From positions 10,685 through 74,684 of the forward strand of contig CAXFSR010000049.1 of assembly GCA_964005815.1 (NCBI GenBank): a DNA stretch of 64,000 nucleotides, written 5' to 3'. The notes under the pieces are model-generated. The model made no database searches. It was not told the origin of the DNA and was given only the letters and a program-made list of their open reading frames with translations. This stretch comes from an uncultured Nitrospinaceae bacterium. GTDB lineage: Bacteria > UBA8248. This document shows, piece after piece, positions 49,161-58,976 of the stretch (position 1 is the stretch's first letter; the number at the start of each line of letters is the position of its first letter). The translations under genes and the position numbers were made by a program.

Positions 49161-50849
49161 CTAAAATTCTGAATATGCTCCTGGAGCAAGCGCTTTTATG
49201 TCAGTAACAACGTCTACAATAATGGGACCAGTTTTTGTTTTTAAGGCTGTCTGAAGTTTTGATTTAAGATCTTTTTCTTTTTCAATCCGAATTCCCTTAG
49301 CACCCATAGATTTCGCAACTTGGACAAAATTAGTTTTCTCGAAATGCCAAAGTTCATGCGCTTTACCGTGTTGTTTCCCACCATACGCATCATCAAAAAT
49401 TTTTGTTTCTTGATTTTGTGAACTATTGTTATTTACAAGAATAACCAAAGGGATTTTCCAACGAACTGCTGTCTCAATTTCTCCTATGTGATACCAGAAA
49501 CCAGCATCCCCAGTAAAAAGGACAACTGGACGATTGGGGGCAGCACACTTAGCTCCGATTGCAGCAGGGAAACCCCACCCCAGATGACCCGCAGCTCTTA
49601 TGAAACTATTCTCTCCGCCATTTAAATCAAGGTATCCACCTGTCCACATCCCAGAATGTCCGGTATCAGACAAGAGGATTGAATCATTTGGAAGAATATC
49701 TGAGAGAATCTGACAAACTCTCTCTGGTCTTATAGGATTTTTCTTTGAATTTAGCAAAGGAGCAAATTCTTTCCTCCAATTTGAAACTATTTTTTGGAAT
49801 CTTTTTTTCCAATTTACTCTCTTACTATTTTGACTATCATCACAAAACTCAATTAATTTGCTTAAGGAGATTTTTGCATCTCCGTTAATAGATGCAAGCA
49901 AAGGATAATTTCTTCCAAGTTCTTCTGGGTCTATGTCTAACTGAATGGCAGAAACCCCGATCTTAGGAACCTTCCAAAAATGAGTAGTCATTCCACCCGT
50001 TTTTGTACCTATAAAGAAAACAAGATCTGCTTCTGAAACAATTTGGTTCGCACTTCTTCTAGAATAACTACCGACAACACCAACAGATAGTTCATGATTG
50101 CCTGGAATAACTTCTTTAGCATTCATAGAAGTAGCGACCGGGATAGAAAGTTTTTCTGCAAGCTCCACTAGTTCTTTATGAGCTAAAGATGTACGCACAC
50201 CTCCACCACAGACAATAACGGGCTTTTTACTAGAACTAAGTATTTTCGCCACTTTTTTTAACGAATCAATACTAGGCTCTGGACGATAGGCAGGAGTACA
50301 CTTGAAATCTTCTTCTACAACAAGTTTAAGGTTTGCTTTCTTCTGTTCTATTTGTCCTAAATTTCCAGCAAATCTTAAATGCACTGGGCCAGGCGTACCA
50401 GATGTAGCTACTCTAAAAGCTTGTCTTAATAAATCAGGAAATCTTTCAACATCATCCACATATGCATTGAATTTCGTAACTGGATCGAACGCAGAAATAT
50501 CTTCTACTTCTTGATATGGATTCCTATAACGAATCGATGGAGTTGTCCCACCTGTGAAAGCTATCACTGGCGAGGAAGCTAAATATGCTTCTCTAAGCCC
50601 CGCAGCGAGATTAACTCCTCCTACAATTTGCGCCATACAAATACCAGGGCGTCCGGATATTCGGGCATAAGCGTCAGCCATATATGCTGCAGATTTTTCT
50701 CCATGTGTTAAAACTCTAGAAATTCCCGTGTTCTTTTTATCCATTTGGGCCAAAGAATGGCTCAGAATTGTGGGAACGAAAAAAATATGCGTGACACCAT
50801 ATGCTTTCATAGTATCGGCCATAAACTCAGCACCTGACATTCTTGGCAT
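49161..50849 (-). CDS. Thiamine-diphosphate-dependent enzyme, acetolactate synthase-like, copy 2
   Basis: HGEKSAAYMADAYAR, PGPVH, GHLGW, GDAG...NNN. Confidence 0.9.
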   Translation of the reverse strand: MPRMSGAEFMADTMKAYGVTHIFFVPTILSHSLAQMDKKNTGISRVLTHGEKSAAYMADAYARISGRPGICMAQIVGGVNLAAGLREAYLASSPVIAFTGGTTPSIRYRNPYQEVEDISAFDPVTKFNAYVDDVERFPDLLRQAFRVATSGTPGPVHLRFAGNLGQIEQKKANLKLVVEEDFKCTPAYRPEPSIDSLKKVAKILSSSKKPVIVCGGGVRTSLAHKELVELAEKLSIPVATSMNAKEVIPGNHELSVGVVGSYSRRSANQIVSEADLVFFIGTKTGGMTTHFWKVPKIGVSAIQLDIDPEELGRNYPLLASINGDAKISLSKLIEFCDDSQNSKRVNWKKRFQKIVSNWRKEFAPLLNSKKNPIRPERVCQILSDILPNDSILLSDTGHSGMWTGGYLDLNGGENSFIRAAGHLGWGFPAAIGAKCAAPNRPVVLFTGDAGFWYHIGEIETAVRWKIPLVILVNNNSSQNQETKIFDDAYGGKQHGKAHELWHFEKTNFVQVAKSMGAKGIRIEKEKDLKSKLQTALKTKTGPIIVDVVTDIKALAPGAYSEF

Positions 50850-50897
50850 ATAAAAACTCCTTATCTCTTTTTAAATTTCAGAAACTACGTCTTATTT

Positions 50898-51692
50898 CTA
50901 TAAACCTATTATCGCTTTAGCCTCGTCAACCGAAGCGATTTCTCTACCTAATATTTTTGCAATATTCGCTATTCGATTTACATGCTCTGGATTATCTCCA
51001 AAGACACCAGGACTTAGAAATGGCTCATCTTCTGTACCGACACGAACATGACCACCTTCCATTACGGCCATAGTCTCTAGGTGTAAATGAGTATTACCCG
51101 TAACGCTTGTAATGTATATTGAGTCCTCAGGAAGTGCAGAAACTCTATGCAAGAATTCTTTCATCGTCGCAGGTGACCACGCACCACCAGGTCTACCGAA
51201 AAATACTGTCATTAGTACTGGAGTTTTAATTAAATCTTTATCTAACAAATCATTGATCATCCATAATTCGCCGATACTAAATACTTCAAATTCTGGTTTC
51301 ACATTATAGTCAGCACAAAGTTTCATCATATCTGCAATTTCATCTCGGGGATGCAACATCATAACGTCACCCTGTAAAAAAGCCATATTATGCGCTCCAA
51401 CCGCAACAGACATCATTTCAGGCTGAAACTTCACTACTTCACGTCTTTGTTCAAGAGTCTGCGTAGAAATTCCATACTGCAACATAACGGGACAACAATC
51501 ACGAATCGCTTTTGTATGATTTTCCCAAGCTTCATAATTTGTAGGAGGTGCGTGGATATGAGCGATACAAGAACCTGATTCCCATCCTTTTTTAACAGAA
51601 CTCGCTAGAACTTCCGAATCATGGAATCTTTTTTCAACGCCTTCGTGCATAGATGTATCTGCTGCACAGTTTATAATCATAAGTTTTGACAT
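50898..51692 (-). CDS. Beta-keto acid cleavage enzyme (BKACE/Kce, DUF849) family, copy 1
   Basis: IAHIH metal motif, VKPEFEVF, GGHVRVGTED, GREIAS. Confidence 0.88.
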   Translation of the reverse strand: MSKLMIINCAADTSMHEGVEKRFHDSEVLASSVKKGWESGSCIAHIHAPPTNYEAWENHTKAIRDCCPVMLQYGISTQTLEQRREVVKFQPEMMSVAVGAHNMAFLQGDVMMLHPRDEIADMMKLCADYNVKPEFEVFSIGELWMINDLLDKDLIKTPVLMTVFFGRPGGAWSPATMKEFLHRVSALPEDSIYITSVTGNTHLHLETMAVMEGGHVRVGTEDEPFLSPGVFGDNPEHVNRIANIAKILGREIASVDEAKAIIGL

Positions 51693-51717
51693 TAATAATC
51701 CCTCATTACTAAAAAAT

Positions 51718-52521
51718 TTAATTTAGCCCTAGAATTTGTTTGGTTTCATCAACAGTTGCAGGTTCTCTACCTAGTTCTTTTGAAATTCGAACCATTCTCG
51801 AAACAAGCTGTGCATTATCCTCGGCTAAGACCCCTTTTGTATAATAAGGTTCATCCTCCGTACCAACTCGGACATGACCTCCTTGAATAATAGAAACCGT
51901 TTCTAAAGCAACATTACTCAAACCAGCAGCACTAACAGAAAAAACAGAATTTTCAGGTAAATGTTCAATTCGATGCAACAGTTCTTTTAAAGTTGCTGGA
52001 GACCAAAATCCGCCTGGCCATCCGAAAAAAATGGTCAAAACGACCGGATTTTTTACTAAATCTTTCTCTAAGAGCCATTCTAAATTCCATAAATGTCCCA
52101 AATTAAAACATTCAAATTCTGGATGCACTCCATTGTCATTGAATAGTCTTACTTGATCTTCAATTTCCTGTCTTGAATGTTCAACTAACAAATCTGCATC
52201 AACAAACGCAAAATCATGAGAACCAAGAGCGATAGAAGCCATATCAGGTTTCAAATGAACTATTTTCTTTCTTCCTGGCAAACCCATAGCAGCAATTCCG
52301 AATTGAATGAGAATTTCAGGACAAGCTTCTCGTACTGCATTCGTAAAAGGTTCCCAACTATCTAACTGCATTGGAATTCCATGAATATGTGCTATCGAAG
52401 CACCTGCGTCGTAACTTGCCTTAATTTCACTTGCAAGAGATTCCGCAGTCTGAAGACGTTTTGGGACACCTGGATGCTTACGACTATCTGCTGCACAATT
52501 AGTTATTATTAACTTTTCGAT
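51718..52521 (-). CDS. BKACE (DUF849) family, copy 2; extended 50 codons upstream of the track call, apparently to an ATC start
   Basis: In-frame upstream sequence IEKLIITNCAADSRKHPGVPKRLQTAESLASEIKASYDAGASIAHIHGIP aligns with the paralog N-terminus and supplies the HxH motif. AGGAGG lies 8 nt before ATC 52521. Confidence 0.85.
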   Translation of the reverse strand: MEKLIITNCAADSRKHPGVPKRLQTAESLASEIKASYDAGASIAHIHGIPMQLDSWEPFTNAVREACPEILIQFGIAAMGLPGRKKIVHLKPDMASIALGSHDFAFVDADLLVEHSRQEIEDQVRLFNDNGVHPEFECFNLGHLWNLEWLLEKDLVKNPVVLTIFFGWPGGFWSPATLKELLHRIEHLPENSVFSVSAAGLSNVALETVSIIQGGHVRVGTEDEPYYTKGVLAEDNAQLVSRMVRISKELGREPATVDETKQILGLN

Positions 52522-52564
52522 GTTAACTTCCTCCTACAATAGAAAAGACTGGGAATAATAATGA

Positions 52565-53335
52565 TTAATCAATAGTACTTTCAGCGTATAACAAACCTCT
52601 AATCCTTTGGGTTAACTTAACAAATTCAGGATCTCCCATTGTCTTAAGATCTCGAGGACGTGGAATATCTACTGGAATGATCTCCGCAATTTTTCCAGGT
52701 CTTGCTGTCATGACAACAATTCGATCTCCTAGAAAAACAGCCTCTGGTATACTATGAGTGATAAAGAAAACCGTTTTTTTACTTTCTAACCAGATTCTCT
52801 GTAGTTCTAAATTCATTTGTTCTCTAGTCATAGCATCCAATGCACCAAAAGGTTCATCCATCAGAAGTAAACTGGGATCATGAATTAATGCTCTAATTAT
52901 AGAGTTTCTTTGCTTCATTCCACCTGATAATTCATGAGGGTATTTATCTTCAAATCCATCAAGACCAACCAAATTGATTAATTCTTTAGCTCTTTTAGTT
53001 GTTACTTCTGAATCAAGATTTAAGATTTCAGAGGGAAGAAGTGTATTTTGTAATACAGTTCTCCAGAGAAGAAGAACAGGATCCTGGAAAACAATTCCAA
53101 CATCATTTCGAGGACCTTCAATCGCAGTATTATTTAAAGTAACCACTCCGGACGTTTTTGCTAAGAGACCACTTAAAATTTTTAATAATGTACTTTTGCC
53201 ACAACCACTTGGCCCAACAACAGAGACAAACTCTCCTTCAGAAATATCCAAGTTTATGTCAGATAGAGCATGCACAATTTCACCAGTTGAGGTGATGTAT
53301 TCCTTTTCTAAATTTTTAACGGAAATGTAAGACAT
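52565..53335 (-). CDS. ABC transporter ATP-binding protein (TauB/SsuB/NitT type)
   Basis: GPSGCGKST, VFQ, LSGGMKQR, LLMDEPFGALD, ITH. Confidence 0.95.
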   Translation of the reverse strand: MSYISVKNLEKEYITSTGEIVHALSDINLDISEGEFVSVVGPSGCGKSTLLKILSGLLAKTSGVVTLNNTAIEGPRNDVGIVFQDPVLLLWRTVLQNTLLPSEILNLDSEVTTKRAKELINLVGLDGFEDKYPHELSGGMKQRNSIIRALIHDPSLLLMDEPFGALDAMTREQMNLELQRIWLESKKTVFFITHSIPEAVFLGDRIVVMTARPGKIAEIIPVDIPRPRDLKTMGDPEFVKLTQRIRGLLYAESTID

Positions 53336-53365
53336 TTTTAAATTTCAATTTTAAGTTTTAAAAAA

Positions 53366-54319
53366 TTAAGTTCCTGTTGTTTGTTCTGTTTCTGGTGCCC
53401 AAAACAGTATTTTCTTTTTTGTAATTTGAACCATTTTATGCATCGCCAAACCAATCATTGAAAGCAAAACAAGAATCGCAAATGTACCTGTTGTATCAGC
53501 TGCAAAACTCATTTGCATTAAGAGGACTCCTAATCCACATTGTCCTTTTCCACCCCACATACACATTCCTGCTCCTACAAATTCTCCTAAAATAGCACCT
53601 AGTAAACTAAAGACTACTGCTATTTCAAATCCAGCAAAAATAAACGGTAGTGCATTAGGAAATTGCAATTTTCTAAATGTCGTCCATCTTGAAGCAGATA
53701 AAGAACGTAGTAAATCTAACTGATCTTGATCTGCAGAACGTAGTCCAACCATAGTATTTACAAGGAGTGGGAAAAAAGCTACTAATCCAGCAAGAAAAAC
53801 TTTGGATTCAACTTCATATCCAAACCAGATAATGAATAGAGGGGCAATAGCTAGTTTTGGAAGAGTTTGAAAAGCAACTACGTAGGGCATAATAATCGCT
53901 TCAACCCATTTAGACTGCATAAAAACTAGACCTAGACCAAGCCCAATGATGCTTCCAATAATAAAACCGAGTACAGCTTCAAAAAGAGTATGACTGATAT
54001 GTAGGTAATAGCTGTGTTGCATAACACTCGTAAAATCAGCTGCACCAACCTGAGGACCTGTATCTATAAAAAACAGACCCCTCATTAAAGCTTGAAAAAC
54101 ATCAGATGGAGCTGGAAATATAAAATCATCTATATCAAAAAAAACTACGACCCACTCCCAAATACTCACAAAAATAAGAAAAGAAACGGGAAAAAGCCAA
54201 AGATTTCTTTTATTGTACAACAAAGTCGCAAATGATGGTTTAATAGACTCCACAACAACCTCATTGGGATTTGTGGAGTCTATATTTTTACTGTGTGAAT
54301 CATTATTCTTTTTTTGCAT
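53366..54319 (-). CDS. ABC transporter permease (TauC/SsuC type)
   Basis: FPAPSDV, QTLPKLAIAPLFIIWFG, FFP, LQFPNALPFIFAG, GEFVGA. Confidence 0.93.
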   Translation of the reverse strand: MQKKNNDSHSKNIDSTNPNEVVVESIKPSFATLLYNKRNLWLFPVSFLIFVSIWEWVVVFFDIDDFIFPAPSDVFQALMRGLFFIDTGPQVGAADFTSVMQHSYYLHISHTLFEAVLGFIIGSIIGLGLGLVFMQSKWVEAIIMPYVVAFQTLPKLAIAPLFIIWFGYEVESKVFLAGLVAFFPLLVNTMVGLRSADQDQLDLLRSLSASRWTTFRKLQFPNALPFIFAGFEIAVVFSLLGAILGEFVGAGMCMWGGKGQCGLGVLLMQMSFAADTTGTFAILVLLSMIGLAMHKMVQITKKKILFWAPETEQTTGT

Positions 54320-54327
54320 ATTTTTAA

Positions 54328-55464
54328 CTACTTATAATTCTTATTATAGTTTGCAAGTTCTTTCTTAATATCAAATTTTTTCGCTCTTCTGATAACTGCT
54401 TCTTTATCAAAATTGTTGACTTCTGCAATAAGTTCATTTGTCCATAAACGTTTTACTTGTGAATCGGATAATTTCTTGTCTAATCCAACAAATTTGACGT
54501 ACTCAGACCATTCTCCTGCATGATGTGCACCAAAACGTTTATCTTTTTCATCATCTACTCTTAATTTAGGCGCACGAGCTCTCAGAACTCTGATCATTTT
54601 AGCGGTTGCTTCCTTACGACTCATACCCTTAGGAATTGACTCCGGGTAAAGAACCCAATGTGCAGCCAATGCAGCATCTGGATTTGTGTAAAAGAAAAGA
54701 CTCCCTTTTGCAAGACCTCTTAAGAAACCTACAACAGTCTTTTTATTATTTTTAAAGAACTTCGTATTCAGCCATACTACATTCCCAAACAAATTCTTCG
54801 TCCAACTTTTTTGATAAGGAATAATATTAAACTTAAAACCTGCTGCTTGTGCAAGAGTATATTGAACATCTACGTTAGCCCAAGCTTCTACTCTTTTCAT
54901 CTTCATAGCTAACGCAGCTTTAGATGCAGCACCTACAGGAAGATAGGTAACATTTTGTTTCGATGCAGGAATACCACAGGTTTCTAAGGCTTTTTTAACA
55001 AAGAATGGACCAGAATCTCTGCTACTCATAACTCCGATCTTTTTATTATTTAGATCGCATACTGTTTTGATAGGACTACCTGGTGGAACTGCTACACCAT
55101 CCGCATAAATTGCATCTCTGTTAAGAATATAGACACCCGTAACAGGTGGCCATTTTTTACCTCTTGCAGCTTTAAACAAAATAGGGATAGGCCTAGGAAG
55201 ACCAACATGTGTCCTACCAGCAAGAACCCAGCCCATTGCTTGCGCGCCACCTTGAGCAGCAACAAATTCTGCATCAATTCCTTCATCTTGATAATATCCA
55301 AGAAAATTACCAATCCACAAAAATGAGATCCCAGGGTTAAAAAGTGGATTTGCTAATGTAACTTTAATATTTTTTAGTTTTTTTGCCGCAAATGAATCAT
55401 TATTCGGAGCAAGCAGAACTAACAAACAAAATACCAAAAAAATTCTTACAAAATTCTTACCCAT
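54328..55464 (-). CDS. ABC transporter substrate-binding protein (NMT1/THI5/SsuA-like)
   Basis: Signal peptide, GYYQDEGIDAEF, GSPIKTVCDLNNKKIGV, GFLRGLAKG, NPDAA, LWTNEL; upstream of permease and ATPase. Confidence 0.88.
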   Translation of the reverse strand: MGKNFVRIFLVFCLLVLLAPNNDSFAAKKLKNIKVTLANPLFNPGISFLWIGNFLGYYQDEGIDAEFVAAQGGAQAMGWVLAGRTHVGLPRPIPILFKAARGKKWPPVTGVYILNRDAIYADGVAVPPGSPIKTVCDLNNKKIGVMSSRDSGPFFVKKALETCGIPASKQNVTYLPVGAASKAALAMKMKRVEAWANVDVQYTLAQAAGFKFNIIPYQKSWTKNLFGNVVWLNTKFFKNNKKTVVGFLRGLAKGSLFFYTNPDAALAAHWVLYPESIPKGMSRKEATAKMIRVLRARAPKLRVDDEKDKRFGAHHAGEWSEYVKFVGLDKKLSDSQVKRLWTNELIAEVNNFDKEAVIRRAKKFDIKKELANYNKNYK

Positions 55465-55506
55465 AATCACTCCCCCTTTTAAGAAATGAAAAAAATCAAC
55501 AAAAAA

Positions 55507-56274
55507 TCAACCTTCAATAATTGCAACTGGTCTCACCCAAGAGCCACTTGCGTCTTTTATATTTATTGGGAAACAACAAAGTTTGAAACTATGAGGTTTG
55601 GGAATAGAACCTATGTTAGCAACCTGTTCTATCTGAAAATACTCACGCTGCCTTCCTAAAATATGGTGACACGGCATCAAAGATTCTCTTTTCCCAGCTT
55701 TAAATTCAGGAATTTGATTACTGAAAGGACGATCAAACCCAAAAGCATCAATACAAATCACTCGGACGCCTCTGTCTAGTAAGTATTCAGTGGACTCAAT
55801 ACTCATCCCTGGGTGGAGTTCAGAATAATTTGGGTCATCCCTTTTTTCATCTGTGCCAGTCCAAAGAAGTATAATATCTCCCTCTTTAACTTGATATTCT
55901 ATTTTCTTTAAACAAGTCTCTATATCACTTTCCGTAATCCAATCTCCTGTATTCTTATGACGCAAATCTAATACAACTCCGTCCCCGTAACACCATTCAA
56001 GTGGAATTTGATCTACCTTCCTTGAAACCTCTCCTGCAACAGTAGGTCCATAATGCCATGGAGCATCCATGTGAGTTGCAGAATGTGTAGAAACAGTAAC
56101 CATTTCAGCGGCTCCACCAACGCCGTCATGTATATCTTCTATATTTACACCCCAATTTTTTGCAGAATTAGCTCCAAACTCCTTATGATCCATATAAGTT
56201 ATTTCTGGAGGACGTGGTTCATAAGAACCATTCATCATTGGAGTACTAAGATCGATAAATTGAACTGCACACAT
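55507..56274 (-). CDS. Cyclase family (kynurenine formamidase KynB-like) metal-dependent amidohydrolase
   Basis: FIDLS, THSATHMDAPWHY (HxGTHxDxPxH-like), IDAFGFD, QIEQVAN, ASGSWVRPVA. Confidence 0.9.
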   Translation of the reverse strand: MCAVQFIDLSTPMMNGSYEPRPPEITYMDHKEFGANSAKNWGVNIEDIHDGVGGAAEMVTVSTHSATHMDAPWHYGPTVAGEVSRKVDQIPLEWCYGDGVVLDLRHKNTGDWITESDIETCLKKIEYQVKEGDIILLWTGTDEKRDDPNYSELHPGMSIESTEYLLDRGVRVICIDAFGFDRPFSNQIPEFKAGKRESLMPCHHILGRQREYFQIEQVANIGSIPKPHSFKLCCFPINIKDASGSWVRPVAIIEG

Positions 56275-56310
56275 ATTTTTTCCCTTACTTGTAAGTGTAA
56301 TTAAAAAATT

Positions 56311-57546
56311 CTAAATAACCCAAAGTTTTCTTTCCTGCGGATATATAAAATCATACCCATCATTCGTGACTACTACGGTCTTTTCAATCTGAGTTCCACC
56401 CACACCAAAAACTTGACAAGGATTCTCAATACAAATTGTCGTTCCTTCTTCTAATGGAAAATCACTTGAAGAAGGTAGGAAAGGACTGTTAGTTGGAGAA
56501 GGATCAGAGAGAACATAAGGAACTTCTCTTTGTTCCAGTCCAATAGCATGACCTGCAAAATTGCCATTGTGTTCAGGGAGACCTCCTTCTTGTGTCCCTT
56601 CCAATAATGCTCTATAAATTTCAGACCCTAATACACCTGCTTTAACTTTGGAAAGACCTGCGTTAAAACCTGCCAGTGTCGCTTCCCATATATTTAGTTG
56701 TTCATCAGTTGGTTCTCCAAGAACTCCACCCCAACCAGTATCAGACTGATAATTTCCAAGTACAAGACCAGCATCAAATTTCCACATTTCCCCTTTATTT
56801 ATTTTCTTTTCAGTAGGAGGGAAAATTCCTGTCGCGCGCCTGCCGGAACAGAAATGAAACCACTGCCAAATTCCACCCCCTCTTCCAACTTCACTTCGAA
56901 AAACTGAGGCAACTTCTTGTTCTGTTGCTCCTTCTTTTACAGCTTCAGAAGCCGCAATACACGATCTTTCATTAAGAGCTGCAGCGGCTTTCATAGCATC
57001 GAGTTCATCTTGAGTTTTTACCATTCGAATCAGACGAAATAAATCACTAGCCTCTATTATTTGTGCATCAGGCAGAGCGTCCTCTATTTGCTTCCTTACA
57101 GTAGGGTTTACCCTTTCCTGATCAAGAGCTAATCGTCCCTTGTCTAGACCTCTGTCACGAAGAGCCATAGCAAGCGATGCTCCAGGACTCTTTTCTCGCT
57201 TCGAGTCATTATTGTACATTCCTAAGTATGTTTCTTCTTCTGGAGTTTCCGCTTTTTTATCTGGTGGTTGGATAAGAGCACTTTTCCCACCGAATGTGTA
57301 ATGTTCCTTAATCCATGATTGTTGCATAGAAACGTATGTTACCTCCTGTCCTGGCACTATCAATGCAGGAGATATAGACTCATCAACAGCAAACAGAGCA
57401 AACATATGAACAGAATATGCATATACTTTATTAGACCATCCTACAGTGCCCGCAAGATATGTGACATTTTCTGGAGTGCTAGCAATGAGTACATCTACAT
57501 CAAATTCTTTCATCAATTTTCTTGCGCGACTTTCATTTAAATACAT
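56311..57546 (-). CDS. M24 family (Xaa-Pro peptidase-like) metallohydrolase
   Basis: Creatinase-N domain (PENVTYLAG), RMVK, and D/D/H/E/E ligands in FDAG, QSDT, GHAIGL, IENP, QIEK. Confidence 0.88.
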   Translation of the reverse strand: MYLNESRARKLMKEFDVDVLIASTPENVTYLAGTVGWSNKVYAYSVHMFALFAVDESISPALIVPGQEVTYVSMQQSWIKEHYTFGGKSALIQPPDKKAETPEEETYLGMYNNDSKREKSPGASLAMALRDRGLDKGRLALDQERVNPTVRKQIEDALPDAQIIEASDLFRLIRMVKTQDELDAMKAAAALNERSCIAASEAVKEGATEQEVASVFRSEVGRGGGIWQWFHFCSGRRATGIFPPTEKKINKGEMWKFDAGLVLGNYQSDTGWGGVLGEPTDEQLNIWEATLAGFNAGLSKVKAGVLGSEIYRALLEGTQEGGLPEHNGNFAGHAIGLEQREVPYVLSDPSPTNSPFLPSSSDFPLEEGTTICIENPCQVFGVGGTQIEKTVVVTNDGYDFIYPQERKLWVI

Positions 57547-57722
57547 ATGGATATCTCCAAAAACAAACGCAACAACGCGTAAAAGGTATTAAATATACAT
57601 TTGATTTAATTCAACCAAACTAGCACTTTTTCATTTACTTCGTAAATAGTATGTAGATAAAAAACTTAAAAGATGGTATTTATTATCTTCAATTGAATTA
57701 AACTTGGACTGGACAGGCATAG

Positions 57723-58904
57723 ATGGAATCAAATAAAACGAAAAATGATAGCGAGTCCTTAAAATGGCTTGAGATTTCGGATAAACTTAGTAGGGGCAGA
57801 TTTGCCTCCCGGGCAAAAACAATAGACGAAGAAGCCAGATTCCCAAAAGAAAATTACGAAGATCTTAAGGAAACAGGACTGCTCTCACTTTCTGTTCCTA
57901 AGAAATATGGAGGAATTGGTGCAGACGCTCTTACTTACGTAAAAGTATTATCAAATATAGCAAGAGGCTGTGCGTCCACTGGCCTAACATTGAATATGCA
58001 TAGCGCAGTTGTAGACTTTATGAAACAACTTGCCTCACCTGAGCAACAAGAAGAATACTTCACAAAAGTAGTAGAAGATGGTGCTATTTTTGCCTCCATT
58101 ACTAGTGAACCTGGTAGTTCCTTCAGAGACAAACTATCCGTTCGAACTTCAATAAGAAAATTTGAAGAAAGTAAATTTAAAATCCAGGGGAAAAAACATT
58201 TTTGTTCATTATCTACGGGTGCGGATTTTTACTTTACCTGGAGTTTTTTAGATGGTTCAGAAAATTTAAAAGACGGACTTTATAATGTTATGATTCCTTC
58301 TTCTCGTGAGGGTATTGAGATTTTAGATGATTGGAACACAATTGGAATGAGAGGAACTGCATCAAATTCAATTATGTTCAATGATGTAGAGGTATCTCAG
58401 GAAGAAGTAATTGGCGATCCAGGTAGCATACTTGGAAAAGATATGAGTATGTGGTCCCTTGGATATACTGCTGTATATATAGGAATAGCAGAAGCAGCAT
58501 ACGAATTTACATTAGACTACGCTAAAAACAAGAAATCAGGATTGGGAGTTCCATTGCCTGAACTAGAGAGAACTCAAAGACAGATTGGAGAAATGTCAAT
58601 GATTCTCGAAAATGCTAGAAGAGCTGCTGAAAAACTTGGGATGCTTCGTGGAAATATGGACAAAATGGAACTAACCTTTATGTTAAATCAGGCAAAATAT
58701 TTGGCAACGGAAGCTGCAAGAGAGCTGGCAGAAAGAGGAATACGCTTTTGTGGAGGTCTTGGTCTTCAACGTGATCTTCCTCTAGAAAGACATCTCAGAG
58801 ATTCCATTGCAGGAATCGTAATGCCACCATCAAACGACCGTTGTCTAGAAACAGTTGGGCAAATCGCACTTGGATTAGATGCGAAAACTCTCGATTTCCA
58901 GTAA
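57723..58904 (+). CDS. Acyl-CoA dehydrogenase-like flavoprotein (possibly monooxygenase-type)
   Basis: FPKENY, ASTGLTLNMH, SEPGS, GKKHFCS, WNTIGMRGTAS, LERHLRD. Confidence 0.88.
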   Translation: MESNKTKNDSESLKWLEISDKLSRGRFASRAKTIDEEARFPKENYEDLKETGLLSLSVPKKYGGIGADALTYVKVLSNIARGCASTGLTLNMHSAVVDFMKQLASPEQQEEYFTKVVEDGAIFASITSEPGSSFRDKLSVRTSIRKFEESKFKIQGKKHFCSLSTGADFYFTWSFLDGSENLKDGLYNVMIPSSREGIEILDDWNTIGMRGTASNSIMFNDVEVSQEEVIGDPGSILGKDMSMWSLGYTAVYIGIAEAAYEFTLDYAKNKKSGLGVPLPELERTQRQIGEMSMILENARRAAEKLGMLRGNMDKMELTFMLNQAKYLATEAARELAERGIRFCGGLGLQRDLPLERHLRDSIAGIVMPPSNDRCLETVGQIALGLDAKTLDFQ

Positions 58905-58976
58905 AATGCAAAATTAGTCAAAAAAATTTAAAGATCTCTTCATCAATTCCATACAAGAAAAGGAATTCGAACCCTT

